DNA of 64,000 nucleotides, from positions 32,001-96,000 of the forward strand of contig CAWJYV010000005.1 in NCBI GenBank assembly GCA_963847185.1. The letters run 5' to 3'. The notes under the pieces were generated by a model. It saw only the letters and a list, made by a program, of their open reading frames with translations. It did no database searches and was not told the origin of the DNA. Shown here piece by piece: positions 1 to 11,980 of the stretch (positions are counted from its first letter, which is position 1; each line of letters opens with the position of its first letter). This DNA is from an uncultured Methanosarcinaceae archaeon. Lineage in GTDB: Archaea; Halobacteriota; Methanosarcinia; Methanosarcinales; Methanosarcinaceae. Both the position numbers and the translations under genes were made by a program.

Positions 1-1
1 T

Positions 2-1069
2 TCTCCAGAGGTAAAAAATCTTCCTGAAATCAGGATAGATCCGAGAGATATTGCCATCGAGGAGAAAGTTGATCTTTTAAAGACCATTGAAGCCAGTGCG
101 AACGTCAAAGGAGTCCACAGTACGAAAGTAATGTACCTGGAATCCGAGTTCAAAATCGAATACAGAAGCTCTGATGGTATTGAATGTGAATATGAACTTC
201 TGAACGTTGGTTTTGCCGTTTCTGCTGTGGCTTCGGAGAACGGTTTGTACCAGGCAGGCAGGGAAAGCCGCTTTGGGTATGGTTATGAGCTTTTTGAGAA
301 AGAAAACGTTCTCGAGCTCGCAGGCAGGGCAGGAAAAACTGCAATAGAACTCCTTAAAGCAAAAACTCCTAAAGGCGGAGAAATGCCGGTACTGCTTGAT
401 CAGGAACTGGCTGGAGTCTTTGCTCATGAAGCTGTTGGGCATGCTTCGGAAGCCGATCTTGTCCTTGAGGGAGATTCCATTCTTGAAAACAGGATAGGAG
501 AACAGATAGCATCTCCTCTTATTACGATTATTGATGATCCGACTCTACACGAGTTTGGGTTTTACCCGTTTGATGCCGAAGGGTCCCGATCAAGAAGGAC
601 AGAGATCATTAGAGATGGAGTTTTAAACTCCTATCTTCATTCCCGGGAAACTGCAGCTAAACTCGGAGGAACGCCCGGAAACTGCAGAGCTCAGGGTTAT
701 TCCATGCCCGTTGTCAGGATGAGCAATACCTTCATAGATAATGGTGATGCAAAATTTGAAGAAATGCTTGAGGACGTCAGGGATGGAATTTATCTTATAG
801 GTTCCAGAGGCGGTCAGGTGAATACAGGGGAAGGGATTTTCCAGTTTAATGCTGAGAAAGGATATCTGATAAAGAATGGGGAACTTTCCGAGCTAATAAG
901 GGATGTTTCCCTCTCAGGTAAGACCCTTGAGATTCTTAATCATGTGACTCTGGTGGGCAATGACCTGAAAATGACTTCAGGCAGATGTGGAAAAGCCGGG
1001 CAGCTTGTACCTGTATCAGATGGTTCTCCTCATATTTCCATTTCGAAAGCCCTTGTAGGAGGTGCCTGA
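2..1069 (+). CDS. tldD: TldD/PmbA family metalloprotease, TldD subunit (5' truncated by window edge)
   Basis: Frame is open from base 2; HEAVGH zinc motif, RMSNTF and GRCGK-GQ-VPVSDG C-terminal motifs. Confidence 0.92.
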   Translation, partial: SPEVKNLPEIRIDPRDIAIEEKVDLLKTIEASANVKGVHSTKVMYLESEFKIEYRSSDGIECEYELLNVGFAVSAVASENGLYQAGRESRFGYGYELFEKENVLELAGRAGKTAIELLKAKTPKGGEMPVLLDQELAGVFAHEAVGHASEADLVLEGDSILENRIGEQIASPLITIIDDPTLHEFGFYPFDAEGSRSRRTEIIRDGVLNSYLHSRETAAKLGGTPGNCRAQGYSMPVVRMSNTFIDNGDAKFEEMLEDVRDGIYLIGSRGGQVNTGEGIFQFNAEKGYLIKNGELSELIRDVSLSGKTLEILNHVTLVGNDLKMTSGRCGKAGQLVPVSDGSPHISISKALVGGA

Positions 1070-1071
1070 AG

Positions 1072-2382
1072 ATGTACGAGCTTGCAAGAAAAGCCCTCAT
1101 TCTGGCAGAAAAAGCAGGGGCAGAAGAAGCTGAGATCTATTACAATTCAAGTCACTCAACGAGTGTTAATTTCAAAAAGGACGCTCTTGAGAGTGCCAAA
1201 GATCGTTTCTCAGAAGGCATCGGAATCCGGGCAATTGTGAATGGAGCAGTGGGATTTGCCAGCACGAATTCTGCACGAGATCTCGAAAATACTGTAGAAA
1301 TTGCAGTTGCTGAAGCCAGAATACGGGAAAACGATCCAGAATGGATTGGGCTTCCTTCCAATGGCAAATACCCTGTGGTCTCGGGAATTTTTGATAAAAA
1401 AGTTGAAGCTCTTGAACTTGAAAAGTGTATTGACTATGCAATGGATCTTGTCGAGGGCACAAAAGAGACTCCAGGTACACTTCCAACCTCTGGAGGGTTT
1501 AACAGGGGAAAAAGCAGGCGGCTTATCCTGAATACAAACGGGATTGAAATTGAAGAGGAATCCACAGCTATTTCCGGTTTTGTAGATGTTATTACTGTGA
1601 AAGGGCAAACTTCTACAGCATATGATTTTGCAGTTTCCAGGTCTCTTGATATTGATTTTTTTGCTATCGGGAAAAATGCATCAGAACTTGCCCTGAAGTC
1701 CAGTGGTGGAATTAAAATCGAGCCTCAAAAGACTGATGTAATCTTTCATCCTTTTGCCTTTTCAGATATTCTTGAAGAAGCTCTTGCCCCCTCCCTTGAT
1801 GCGGACAATGTCCAGAAGGGAAGATCAGGCCTGAAAGACAAAATAGGGGAAGAGCTGACGGTTCCTGACCTCTCGATCTACGACGATGGGCTTGTTGAAG
1901 CAGGAATTGAGACTTCAGCTTCGGATGACGAGGGAGTGCCCTCACAGCGTACAACTGTTATTGAGAATGGGATACTTGAAACGTATCTATATGACAGTTA
2001 TACGGCAGGTAAAGCAGGTGTGAAAAGCACAGGAAACGGCTCAAGGTCTTCTTATACAAGCCCACCTTCAGTAGGGCTCAGAAACTTCATCATCAAGTAT
2101 CCCAGAACAGATATTATCGCTGATACGGATTCCGGTATTTTCGTAAATACCATTATCGGAGCTCATACTGCAAATTCAATCTCAGGGGACTTCTCCGTAG
2201 AAGCCAGAAACTCTTTTACAATAAAGGATGGAGCTCTTGATAAGCCTGTAAAGTCTCTAATGATTTCGGGAAATGCTTTCGAACTCTTAAAGAGCATCAC
2301 AGGTGCAGGTTTTGATGTCAGGAAAGTGGGAGGTATAATTACGCCTTCTATACGGGTTTCGGATATGAGCGTAATCGGATAA
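1072..2382 (+). CDS. pmbA: TldD/PmbA family protein, PmbA/TldE subunit
   Basis: ATG 2 nt after the tldD stop (MYELARKA...); DDEGVP, STGNG and SGDFSV motifs; lacks HExxH. Confidence 0.88.
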   Translation: MYELARKALILAEKAGAEEAEIYYNSSHSTSVNFKKDALESAKDRFSEGIGIRAIVNGAVGFASTNSARDLENTVEIAVAEARIRENDPEWIGLPSNGKYPVVSGIFDKKVEALELEKCIDYAMDLVEGTKETPGTLPTSGGFNRGKSRRLILNTNGIEIEEESTAISGFVDVITVKGQTSTAYDFAVSRSLDIDFFAIGKNASELALKSSGGIKIEPQKTDVIFHPFAFSDILEEALAPSLDADNVQKGRSGLKDKIGEELTVPDLSIYDDGLVEAGIETSASDDEGVPSQRTTVIENGILETYLYDSYTAGKAGVKSTGNGSRSSYTSPPSVGLRNFIIKYPRTDIIADTDSGIFVNTIIGAHTANSISGDFSVEARNSFTIKDGALDKPVKSLMISGNAFELLKSITGAGFDVRKVGGIITPSIRVSDMSVIG

Positions 2383-2536
2383 AGGCTCTAAAAAGCCTTT
2401 TTAAAGCCTTTTCTCCAAACTTTTGAGTTTCCGTTTTTATAAAATTAGCTTTGTATGGATTTTTCTCTAAAAATCAGAAAATCAGTTTTTTATAAGCTAA
2501 TTTTTTATAAGCTAATTTTTTGTATAATATTATTCT

Positions 2537-2604
2537 TTATCTGTCTGGAGTAGACAATTTTAGTCAATAATTATCTGTCTGGAGTAGACAATTTTAGTCA
2601 ATAA
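2537..2604. repeat. Perfect 34-bp tandem duplication
   Basis: TTATCTGTCTGGAGTAGACAATTTTAGTCAATAA at 2537-2570 and 2571-2604. Confidence 0.9.
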
Positions 2605-2644
2605 TTTAGTATTTGATATGGCAGAAGATTTCTGTTGTTATTAA

Positions 2645-3106
2645 TTATTCAGGTTTTTCACCTTTAACTACGAGCACAGGTTTCTTTGAATGTCTGACCA
2701 CATTTTCGGCTACACTTCCCAGCAGGAACCTTTCGAGTCCGGTTTTACCAAGTGTCCCCATTACTATCATGTCAATGTCATTTTGCTCCGCAAAATCTAC
2801 TATTCTTTCTGCCGGATATCCTTCTAAAAGCACGGATTCGACCTCTACGTTTACCGCTTTAGCAGCTTCTTCCACAGAAGCTGTGGCTCTTTCTCCTTCA
2901 GTTCTGAAATGCTCCATAGAGGCTTTTTCCCATCCGAAATCTCTGAGAGAATGGGCTGCAGGAATTACCACATATACAGCGTAGAGTTCTGCTCCGCTAA
3001 GTCTGGCAATCTCAATCCCTGCTTCAACCGCCTTTTTACTGAGTTCCGAACCATCGGTAGCAACCATTATCTTTTTAAATCCCCCTCTCATTTTCAAATC
3101 CCTCAA
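2645..3106 (-). CDS. Universal stress protein (UspA family)
   Basis: KKIMVATDGS and MGTLGKTGLERFLLGSVAENVVR motifs. Confidence 0.93.
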   Translation of the reverse strand: MRDLKMRGGFKKIMVATDGSELSKKAVEAGIEIARLSGAELYAVYVVIPAAHSLRDFGWEKASMEHFRTEGERATASVEEAAKAVNVEVESVLLEGYPAERIVDFAEQNDIDMIVMGTLGKTGLERFLLGSVAENVVRHSKKPVLVVKGEKPE

Positions 3107-3767
3107 TTGCCTCTTTTCCTACATGTTCTAAGCTCTGCTTTCTGAAACATTCCTGGGCATGGATCTATTATTATCGTGCAGCTTTTCTATAATGTGTTTA
3201 GCGGCAATTACTGCTCTTATATATTCTATATTATATATTCTATAAATTACTTTTTAATAAATGAATAAATAATTAATGCTATCGTCCACTTATAATTTTT
3301 AAAAGACTATGTAAAATATATTCAGTAAAAGTTGTTTATACTTACTTGAGATATTGTTTATAAATTATAGGGGAATTATTTTAGAGCTTTTAATCAGGTA
3401 ATATCTCCTCCAATTTTCCTTGAAAGGAAAATAAGCTCATATTTCTTCATATATTTCTCTTTTTTTATCACAAAAAGATATCTGCGTTTTCGCGTACCAA
3501 TACACTTATATATTGCTTAATCCTCAGAAGGAGCTGGTGAACGGGCATAGCTCAAAATCAAATATTATTGACAATAATTATATCCAACATATTTTAACCT
3601 CCTCCAAAAACCCCGTTCACTGAACTGTTTTTTAATATCTTTTCTATGTTTATACAAGTAATTCTTAGTTATTCTTTCCCTACTTACATTTAGTTCCAGA
3701 TTCTCTTTTCTTATATTTTTTAGAACTCCTCCTTTCAAAAAAGTTTTTTTGAATATTCTTTTTACTC

Positions 3768-4706
3768 TCAATACGCGATACTCAGCAGTATTAGCAAAAT
3801 GAAGAGTCTGACTAAAACGCTTATGGCCGTTGAATATCCAACAATCTGAATGCCCAGCCTCGTCCCGAAAATTGCCACTTTTCCCGGAAGCTGGCTGCGA
3901 ACTGCAAAAATAGGAAGCATGAACATGCTGCCAAGCATGAGCACGATCATCGCCTGAATATTTGTTATTTCTCCTGAATGTAGCATGGGGCCAAGAAGAG
4001 AGATTCCAAGTATAGGGCTTGCAACATAGCTTGTCAGCGGAACGATGGATTCGGGAGGTATTCTAAAAAGTTCAGCAAGAGGGAGTACACTGAAAATTCC
4101 AAAAGCTCCCTGTTCCTGAAGAACAAAAATAATAGTTGTTGCAATTATGTAGATTCCTGCAATCTTCAAAAAAGCCCTGAATTCTTTTCTAAAAGCCCTT
4201 GTAAAAGCAGTTCTCAGTGATACTTTCTCTTTGTTTTGGGTTTCAGGAGCTCTACAGGAGTTGCCTTTAAGAAATATTTTACTTGCAACTGCAATTAACA
4301 GAATTTTGATTATTGCAGTGATTACAAATACCAGGGAATAAAATCCTCCTACAACAAGCCCAAGGGCTGGCAGAACGATTGGGATCTGGTAAGTAAAAAG
4401 TTCCCGAAAATAAGCAGGGGTAGCGTTCATCATTGCACAGAGCAGGATTTCTCTGTCATCCAGACAATTTTCTTTTTTTCCCTGGATAAGCATGCTGTTT
4501 CCAGCCACTGTAGACCCTATTGATACTACAAAAGCTGAAGCACAGGTTTCAGGCAGATTAGTATGGGCAAAAATGGGGCTTGCAAGCCTGGAGAATTTTT
4601 GCATCAAGCCAAGTTCCATAAGCACACCGGTGCCTATAAGCCCGACAAAAATCATTCCAAGTACCGGGAGTGCAAAGTCCAGCACCTTGAGAAAAAGTTC
4701 TATCAT
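3768..4706 (-). CDS. Membrane protein, nucleoside recognition (Gate) domain type
   Basis: 312 aa, many hydrophobic segments in two similar halves. Confidence 0.65.
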   Translation of the reverse strand: MIELFLKVLDFALPVLGMIFVGLIGTGVLMELGLMQKFSRLASPIFAHTNLPETCASAFVVSIGSTVAGNSMLIQGKKENCLDDREILLCAMMNATPAYFRELFTYQIPIVLPALGLVVGGFYSLVFVITAIIKILLIAVASKIFLKGNSCRAPETQNKEKVSLRTAFTRAFRKEFRAFLKIAGIYIIATTIIFVLQEQGAFGIFSVLPLAELFRIPPESIVPLTSYVASPILGISLLGPMLHSGEITNIQAMIVLMLGSMFMLPIFAVRSQLPGKVAIFGTRLGIQIVGYSTAISVLVRLFILLILLSIAY

Positions 4707-4785
4707 TGGAAGTCATCTGGATAAAAAGGTAAATCAATCTTTTCCGGGAAATTCCGGGACTCTTTGCTTGAAAAATATCAGCGCC

Positions 4786-5253
4786 TTATTTCTCTTTTTC
4801 AACGTTTTCTTCTCTTACAACAAGAGCTGCTTTCCTTGAATGCCTTACTACTTTTTCGGCCACGCTTCCCAGCAGGAGCTTTTCGAGTCCGGTTTTTCCC
4901 AGTGTTCCCATTATTATAAGGTCAATATCGTTTTTTTCTGCAAAATCGACAATTTCATTTGCAGGGCTTCCTTCAAGTATCACGGATTCGACCTCCACGT
5001 TTTGAGCTTTTGCAGCGTTCTCTATATAAGAAACAGCTTCCTTGCCTTCAATTCTGAAATAGTCAAGAGCAGCCTTTTCCCATCCCGCTTCTTTAGGATA
5101 AGCTGTCGATAATCCCGTATACGAAATTACATATACGGCATAAAGCTTTGCCTCACTCAACTTTGCTATCTCAATTGACGTAGCTACTGCTTTTTTGACG
5201 AATTCCGAACCATCGGTTGCAATCATTATCTTCCTGTAAATGTTACTCTTCAT
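4786..5253 (-). CDS. Universal stress protein (UspA family)
   Basis: RKIMIATDGS and LLGSVAEKVVRH; close paralog of 2645-3106. Confidence 0.93.
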   Translation of the reverse strand: MKSNIYRKIMIATDGSEFVKKAVATSIEIAKLSEAKLYAVYVISYTGLSTAYPKEAGWEKAALDYFRIEGKEAVSYIENAAKAQNVEVESVILEGSPANEIVDFAEKNDIDLIIMGTLGKTGLEKLLLGSVAEKVVRHSRKAALVVREENVEKEK

Positions 5254-5471
5254 CCCTGATCCCTTTTCTTCTAAGGTTTGTATATTAATATAAAGATGCT
5301 CCTTTATATATTCTCATTCTGGAGCACGAACAGATAATCGGTGAATAAATTCTTTTTATAAATCAGGAACTAAAAAATAATAACAAATAGGAAATAGCCC
5401 GGAACTCTTAGAATACTGTATTATTCTTTTTGTTCCCTTGAGGCTTAGTTATAGCTCATTCATTTTACTCA

Positions 5472-5981
5472 TTAAGGTTTTTCTATATCTATAAAAATTA
5501 GAGCATGTGTTGGGCAAGCCTCAACACAGGCAGGCAATTCCCTGCCCTGGCAGAGGTCACACTTTACTCCTTTTTCTATTTGTCTGTTGATTACTTCACG
5601 ATTGGAGGCCATGGAGCTGGTCCAGCAGCCTATACCAAGAATTAATTGATATAGGGGAGAAAAGCGGGTACAAACCATGGAGCAGGTCCAGCAGTCTACG
5701 CAGAGATCGGGAGTGTGTTTTACAATTCCTGTAATTTCATCCCGGGAAAGAGCCTTTGTTGGGCAAACTGAGGCACAGGGGGCATTCTCACAGTGGCGGC
5801 AGGTGATTGGAGTGTAGATTTCAAGGCCAGGGCTGCACTCCACATAGATGCGTTTTTTAGGAGCTGGTTTTTCCCCTAAAGCCGAAAAGAGATTTTTACT
5901 CTGTGAATGCTCAACGGCACACGCAATCTCACAGGAGCGACAACCCATGCAGAGTTCATGCCGTATCATCAAATCTTTCAC
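5472..5981 (-). CDS. cooF: CooF-like 4Fe-4S dicluster electron-transfer protein
   Basis: CxxCxxCxxxC, CRHCENAPC..CP and KCDLC..PACVEACP motifs; directly downstream of cooS. Confidence 0.85.
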   Translation of the reverse strand: MKDLMIRHELCMGCRSCEIACAVEHSQSKNLFSALGEKPAPKKRIYVECSPGLEIYTPITCRHCENAPCASVCPTKALSRDEITGIVKHTPDLCVDCWTCSMVCTRFSPLYQLILGIGCWTSSMASNREVINRQIEKGVKCDLCQGRELPACVEACPTHALIFIDIEKP

Positions 5982-5987
5982 TATAAA

Positions 5988-7871
5988 TCACCTCTCTGAG
6001 CTCAAGCCAAGAGCCTTTCTTTTTCCGTCAATGTGCTTAAGCATCAGGTCTGCAGCTTTGAAGGGGTCAGGTTCAACTGCAAAGCTTGCTCCAATAACGT
6101 TATTTAAGTCTCTTGTCAGAAGGGTTGTAACTTCCTGGCTTCCGAGAACAGCGGGAACAGTACCGAGAACTGTGTATACTCCTGAAGAAACCACATAAGC
6201 TCCTATACTAACTGCCTTTTCACTCATCCATTCAGGAGCTGCCCCTGCTACAGGAAGATCGCTAATGTCCACTCCCAGTCTGTTTGCAATCGCTGATGAG
6301 AGCAAGAGAATGCGGCTGATGTCAACACATGAACCCATGTGCAGCACCGGAGGTATTCCAAGGATTTTACAGACAGCTCTTAGCCCTTCTCCTGCAAGTT
6401 CGGAGGCTTCAGGCACGAGCAGTCCGGCTTCAGCACATGCAATTGCATTGCAGCCAGTCGTGACTACAAGCACATTATTTTTGATAAGTTCTTTAACAAG
6501 ATTGACATGTCCATAGTTGTGCGTTATTTTTACATTATTGCATCCGACAACCGCGCCTATTCCCCAAACAGCCCCACTTTTTATCGCTTCTATAAGAGGA
6601 TCAGGACTTCCTCCAAGTGCATTGAGTATGGATTCTGCACTGAAACCTATCATGCATTCCTGCTTTTCTTCCGGGATATTTACCTTTTTTAGATTCCTAT
6701 TCGGGAAATTTTCAATGGCTGTTCTTACAATTTCTTTTGCGGTTTCATAAGCTCTTTCTTCATGGAATTCCATCCGCAAAGTATTCGGAAAATCCGCTTT
6801 TGGTGATGTGGATATGAATTTTGTATGGTAGCAGCCTGTAAGTTCTCCAAGGGATGGCATCACGCACTGGACATCCACAACCATAGCTTCCACAGCTCCG
6901 GTAATCACTGCCAGTTCCTGCTGAAGGAAGGTCCCTGCTATGGGAGTTCCGTGACGCATTAAGGTTTCATTTCCCGTACAGCAGATTCCTGAGACATTTA
7001 TACCATTTGCACCTTTTTCCTGTGCCAGTTTAAGAAGTTCGGGATCCTCTGCAGCTTCTACGATCATTTCTGAGAGGATAGGTTCATGCCCGTGGACGAT
7101 TACATTTACCTTATCCCTGGAAAGTACTCCCAGATTAACGATGCTCTTCTTTGGCTGAGGAGTTCCGAAAAGTATATCCTGGACATCAGTAGCTATCATC
7201 GACCCTCCCCAGCCGTCCGATAGTCCTGTACGCAGTCCCTGCAGCAGGATGTGAGTTGCATTGTTGTCCACACCCATGTGGGTTCTGTGCATGCACTCTA
7301 CAATTTCTCTGTCAATTCCTCTGGGTTCTATCCCAAGTTCGGTCCAGAGTCTTAGCCTCGAATTCGGAGCTCGCCTTGTGCACAGGATAGGTCCATTCTG
7401 TTTTCCAAATTCCATAAGCAGCACATCGGCAAGTTTAGACGCCACTTCCTTCGAGCTTTTTCCTTCTGTCTGAATCCCGTACTCAGAGGCAAGGGCTAAT
7501 AACTTTGTTTCGTCTTTTATTCGGTAACTTGCAGCTTCTCCTTCACTCATTTTCTTAAAGGTTAATACTACATCCCTTGCATGATCAGAGTGTGCAGCTG
7601 CACCCGCGGCAATTGTTCTCAGGAGGTTTCTTGCAACTATAATGTCTGCAGTAGCTCCGCATATCCCTTTTTCAGCTCCCTCTCCGAATGGATCTATTCT
7701 GCATGGGCCCATGTTACAATTCCGACAGCAGACTCCAAGCTGTCCGAAACTGCACTGAGGTAGCTGTTTTTCGTATCTATCCCAGGCAGTCTCTATATTT
7801 TCTTCTTCAGCTTTTCGAAGCATCATCTGGCTTGCAGAGTCAATGCTTTTCTCATACTCCTTCTGTCTCAT
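5988..7871 (-). CDS. cooS: Anaerobic [NiFe] carbon monoxide dehydrogenase catalytic subunit
   Basis: CSFG..GVCCRNCNMGPC, HSDH, GHEP, GICCTGNE, DVQC, GCNN and HMGSCVD motifs. Confidence 0.96.
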   Translation of the reverse strand: MRQKEYEKSIDSASQMMLRKAEEENIETAWDRYEKQLPQCSFGQLGVCCRNCNMGPCRIDPFGEGAEKGICGATADIIVARNLLRTIAAGAAAHSDHARDVVLTFKKMSEGEAASYRIKDETKLLALASEYGIQTEGKSSKEVASKLADVLLMEFGKQNGPILCTRRAPNSRLRLWTELGIEPRGIDREIVECMHRTHMGVDNNATHILLQGLRTGLSDGWGGSMIATDVQDILFGTPQPKKSIVNLGVLSRDKVNVIVHGHEPILSEMIVEAAEDPELLKLAQEKGANGINVSGICCTGNETLMRHGTPIAGTFLQQELAVITGAVEAMVVDVQCVMPSLGELTGCYHTKFISTSPKADFPNTLRMEFHEERAYETAKEIVRTAIENFPNRNLKKVNIPEEKQECMIGFSAESILNALGGSPDPLIEAIKSGAVWGIGAVVGCNNVKITHNYGHVNLVKELIKNNVLVVTTGCNAIACAEAGLLVPEASELAGEGLRAVCKILGIPPVLHMGSCVDISRILLLSSAIANRLGVDISDLPVAGAAPEWMSEKAVSIGAYVVSSGVYTVLGTVPAVLGSQEVTTLLTRDLNNVIGASFAVEPDPFKAADLMLKHIDGKRKALGLSSER

Positions 7872-8394
7872 TTGATACCCCAGACCTTACTTTTGTCCCT
7901 TCTAAATTACCTAATGTTTCAGTTAGTTTCTGGCATAATAAATTCTGAAACTGTGGTCTGAAACAAGTTTACTCAGATGATTCTTTCTTTTTTATCAGCT
8001 ATATAATTAAAAAAGAGGCTGAAAAACTGAAATTCAGAACATCGTAAAGAGTCATCAACTTCATATTTTATAAACTTTCACAAAAGTTGTTACCTTTTTT
8101 ATATACTCTTATAAAAAAACGTTATTGATTTATATACATTTGTGAAAAAAACAATATGTTAATATATATTTAAGGTTATTACATCCGACAGAATTTCTAA
8201 TAAGTCAAATTTCAGCAATTGTAAATATATAGATTACATTAAAATAGGAGGATGAATTGAATACCGTAGATAGCAGGATAAAGTCCCCATCTGCAGACAA
8301 AGAAACAGTAGCAATTAAAAGCAATTAGTTATCCCGAGTAAAGCAAAATTCGGTTTCCTCCTAATAGTAAAAGTGGTTTTGATGGTGAATTCTG

Positions 8395-8577
8395 GTGAAG
8401 AAAGATCTTATGGATATTCTGGCTTGCCCTGTCTGTAAGGGCGACCTGATTTTGAACGTTGTTGAAGAAAATGAAGAAGAGGTTATTTCAGGAACTCTCT
8501 ACTGCCCTGTATGTAAGGAGCACTATCCTATAGATGAAGGGATTCCCAATTTACTTCCTCCTGACCTCAGAAATTGA
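8395..8577 (+). CDS. Trm112 family methyltransferase activator
   Basis: LMDILACPVCKG...CPVC..YPIDEGIPNLL. Confidence 0.9.
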   Translation: MKKDLMDILACPVCKGDLILNVVEENEEEVISGTLYCPVCKEHYPIDEGIPNLLPPDLRN

Positions 8578-8585
8578 TGTGAGGG

Positions 8586-9350
8586 TTGAACTTGGAGCAG
8601 ATATTCCAGAATGTTATTATAAACCGACAGGAACTGAACTCAATTGAGTTTGAAAAGGAAAGCATTGAGATTCCTCTTTCTCCAGGTGGAGAAGAGACTT
8701 TCGAAATCCTTATCACAAACCATGGATCTCCTACCCATATCCACCTTTCAGTGAGTGAAGATTTAAAGGGCCTTATCACCTTTTTGCGGGATAACCCGTA
8801 TGTGCTTCAAAAAGAATACATTTCCGCAGTTGCAAGAATTCCACAGGAAGGCAGGGTGCTTACAAGAGGCCAGATCTTTATCACAGCAGGTTATGGTTCG
8901 AGGAAGAAAGGTTTTCCTGTACAATTAGGAAAAGCTGTTGAATCAAAGACGCAGACAAAGCCGCAGGTATATACAAGAGAAGAATCTTCTCAGCGGGAAG
9001 AACAGGAAGAGGTGGAGCCTCAAACTTCCTTAGCTGTACAACCTGTAAAGAAGTCTTCTCGCCTAAAATCAGGAAACGGGCTTGGGCTGTCATCTATTTT
9101 TAAAGGCTTTAAAGGGAGCCACTCGGCTTCTACAGGAAGGAAAAGCCAGAAAAATATAGCGCAAAATGAAAAATCTCTTCTGAATATAGCTTTCGGAGGT
9201 TTTTTACTGCTTGTAGCTTTGTTTTTCCTCTATTTCATTCTGCCAGAAAGCCTGCAGTTCAGAATCAGTTTCCCTCAGGCCCTTTTGTTTTCAATCCTTT
9301 TTGTAACATTTATATCATATATCCTGATAAAAATTCTGGAGGAAGCTTGA
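8586..9350 (+). CDS. Hypothetical protein with two C-terminal TM helices
   Basis: 254-aa ORF following trm112; GAGG upstream of a TTG start. Confidence 0.7.
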   Translation: MNLEQIFQNVIINRQELNSIEFEKESIEIPLSPGGEETFEILITNHGSPTHIHLSVSEDLKGLITFLRDNPYVLQKEYISAVARIPQEGRVLTRGQIFITAGYGSRKKGFPVQLGKAVESKTQTKPQVYTREESSQREEQEEVEPQTSLAVQPVKKSSRLKSGNGLGLSSIFKGFKGSHSASTGRKSQKNIAQNEKSLLNIAFGGFLLLVALFFLYFILPESLQFRISFPQALLFSILFVTFISYILIKILEEA

Positions 9351-9582
9351 AACCCTGGAAACACTGATCATTTTCTGTTTTTTTGTCCGATGAAAGCGGT
9401 CTGAAGATCAAGCCCGTTTTCATTTCTATTTGTTTTATTTTCTTCTTTCTTTGAGTCTATTCTATTCCAGAATTAGAGTAATTTTTATATTATGAGGATA
9501 TTGGTATTGTGTTCGTACAGAAGAACTGATGATAGATTTCACAAATATTATTAATTTGCTACTTTCAGTTGATTTCATGTGA

Positions 9583-11238
<1,656 letters not shown>

Positions 11239-11431
11239 TTTCCCATATTTGAGAAAATTCATTTTTCTCAACTATAAAACCTCACATTCGAGTAAAGAAT
11301 TTTCCTATCGCGGGAAACTGATAAATACTTTTAAAGCTGGAAATAACGGATTATGCGGTATCTATTAAGGCTCTTCACTGAAAAGATGCCTGAAGATATT
11401 GCATTTATCAAGATCTATGAAGGTATACACT

Positions 11432-11566
11432 ATGGCAATGTCTAAAAAAGATATGGATAAGAAGAAGATCGCTAAGAAGGAAAAGATGGGAGAGCTGGAA
11501 AAAATGGCTTCCGCAGGCAGCAAGGACGCAAAGAAGAAGCTTGCAAAGGAAAAGAAGAAAAAATAA
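11432..11566 (+). CDS. 44-aa lysine-rich small protein (below ORF track cutoff)
   Basis: MAMSKKDMDKKKIAKKEKMGELEKMASAGSKDAKKKLAKEKKKK*; GAAGGT upstream, hairpin plus T-tract downstream. Confidence 0.7.
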   Translation: MAMSKKDMDKKKIAKKEKMGELEKMASAGSKDAKKKLAKEKKKK

Positions 11567-11980
11567 TCCCTTAATATTAATTATATCTCTTTTTATACCA
11601 ATATGGGAAGATCAGGGATCTATTTTTCCCCGATCTGATCACTTTTTATTTTTCAAATTCTATTTCTCTATAATTAGTTAGAAAATATGAATTGAGCCTA
11701 AAGTCCTATTTTGTGCTTGTTGATACCTTATAGTGCAATTTCAATGTTTGATATTTTAATAGAAGCAAAACAAGAGGGCTGCTTACTGTTGCTGTTACAT
11801 CACAACTCCTAGAAAGTCTCCGAGTTCCTGTGATCCCGAAGCGGAACTCGGGAAGCGGAACTCGGATGACAAAACACAGCTACCTGCACTTTTAAGATTT
11901 AAGATTTATCATTTATCATTTATATATTTCTTTAATTTTATTTTTACAAAGTTTTATATACTTGAAAAGAGGGAGTTTAT

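Noticed and set aside
2537-2604. 34-bp repeat of CRISPR-like length
   Set aside because: Two abutting copies with no spacer and no cas genes; no CRISPR array in the window
3520-3562. GAGCTGGTGAACGGGCATAGCTCAAAATC resembling a tRNA D-arm/anticodon fragment
   Set aside because: No acceptor stem or T-arm (TTCGA); cannot fold as a cloverleaf
3565-3771. 68-aa basic ORF, and similar AT-rich track ORFs at 21339, 23165, 23394, 25095, 25147, 38196, 50310 and 54561
   Set aside because: Composition mirrors intergenic or repeat DNA with no family motifs
8257-8328. 23-codon TTG ORF with AGGAGG upstream of trm112
   Set aside because: Too short and no recognisable motif; cannot be supported
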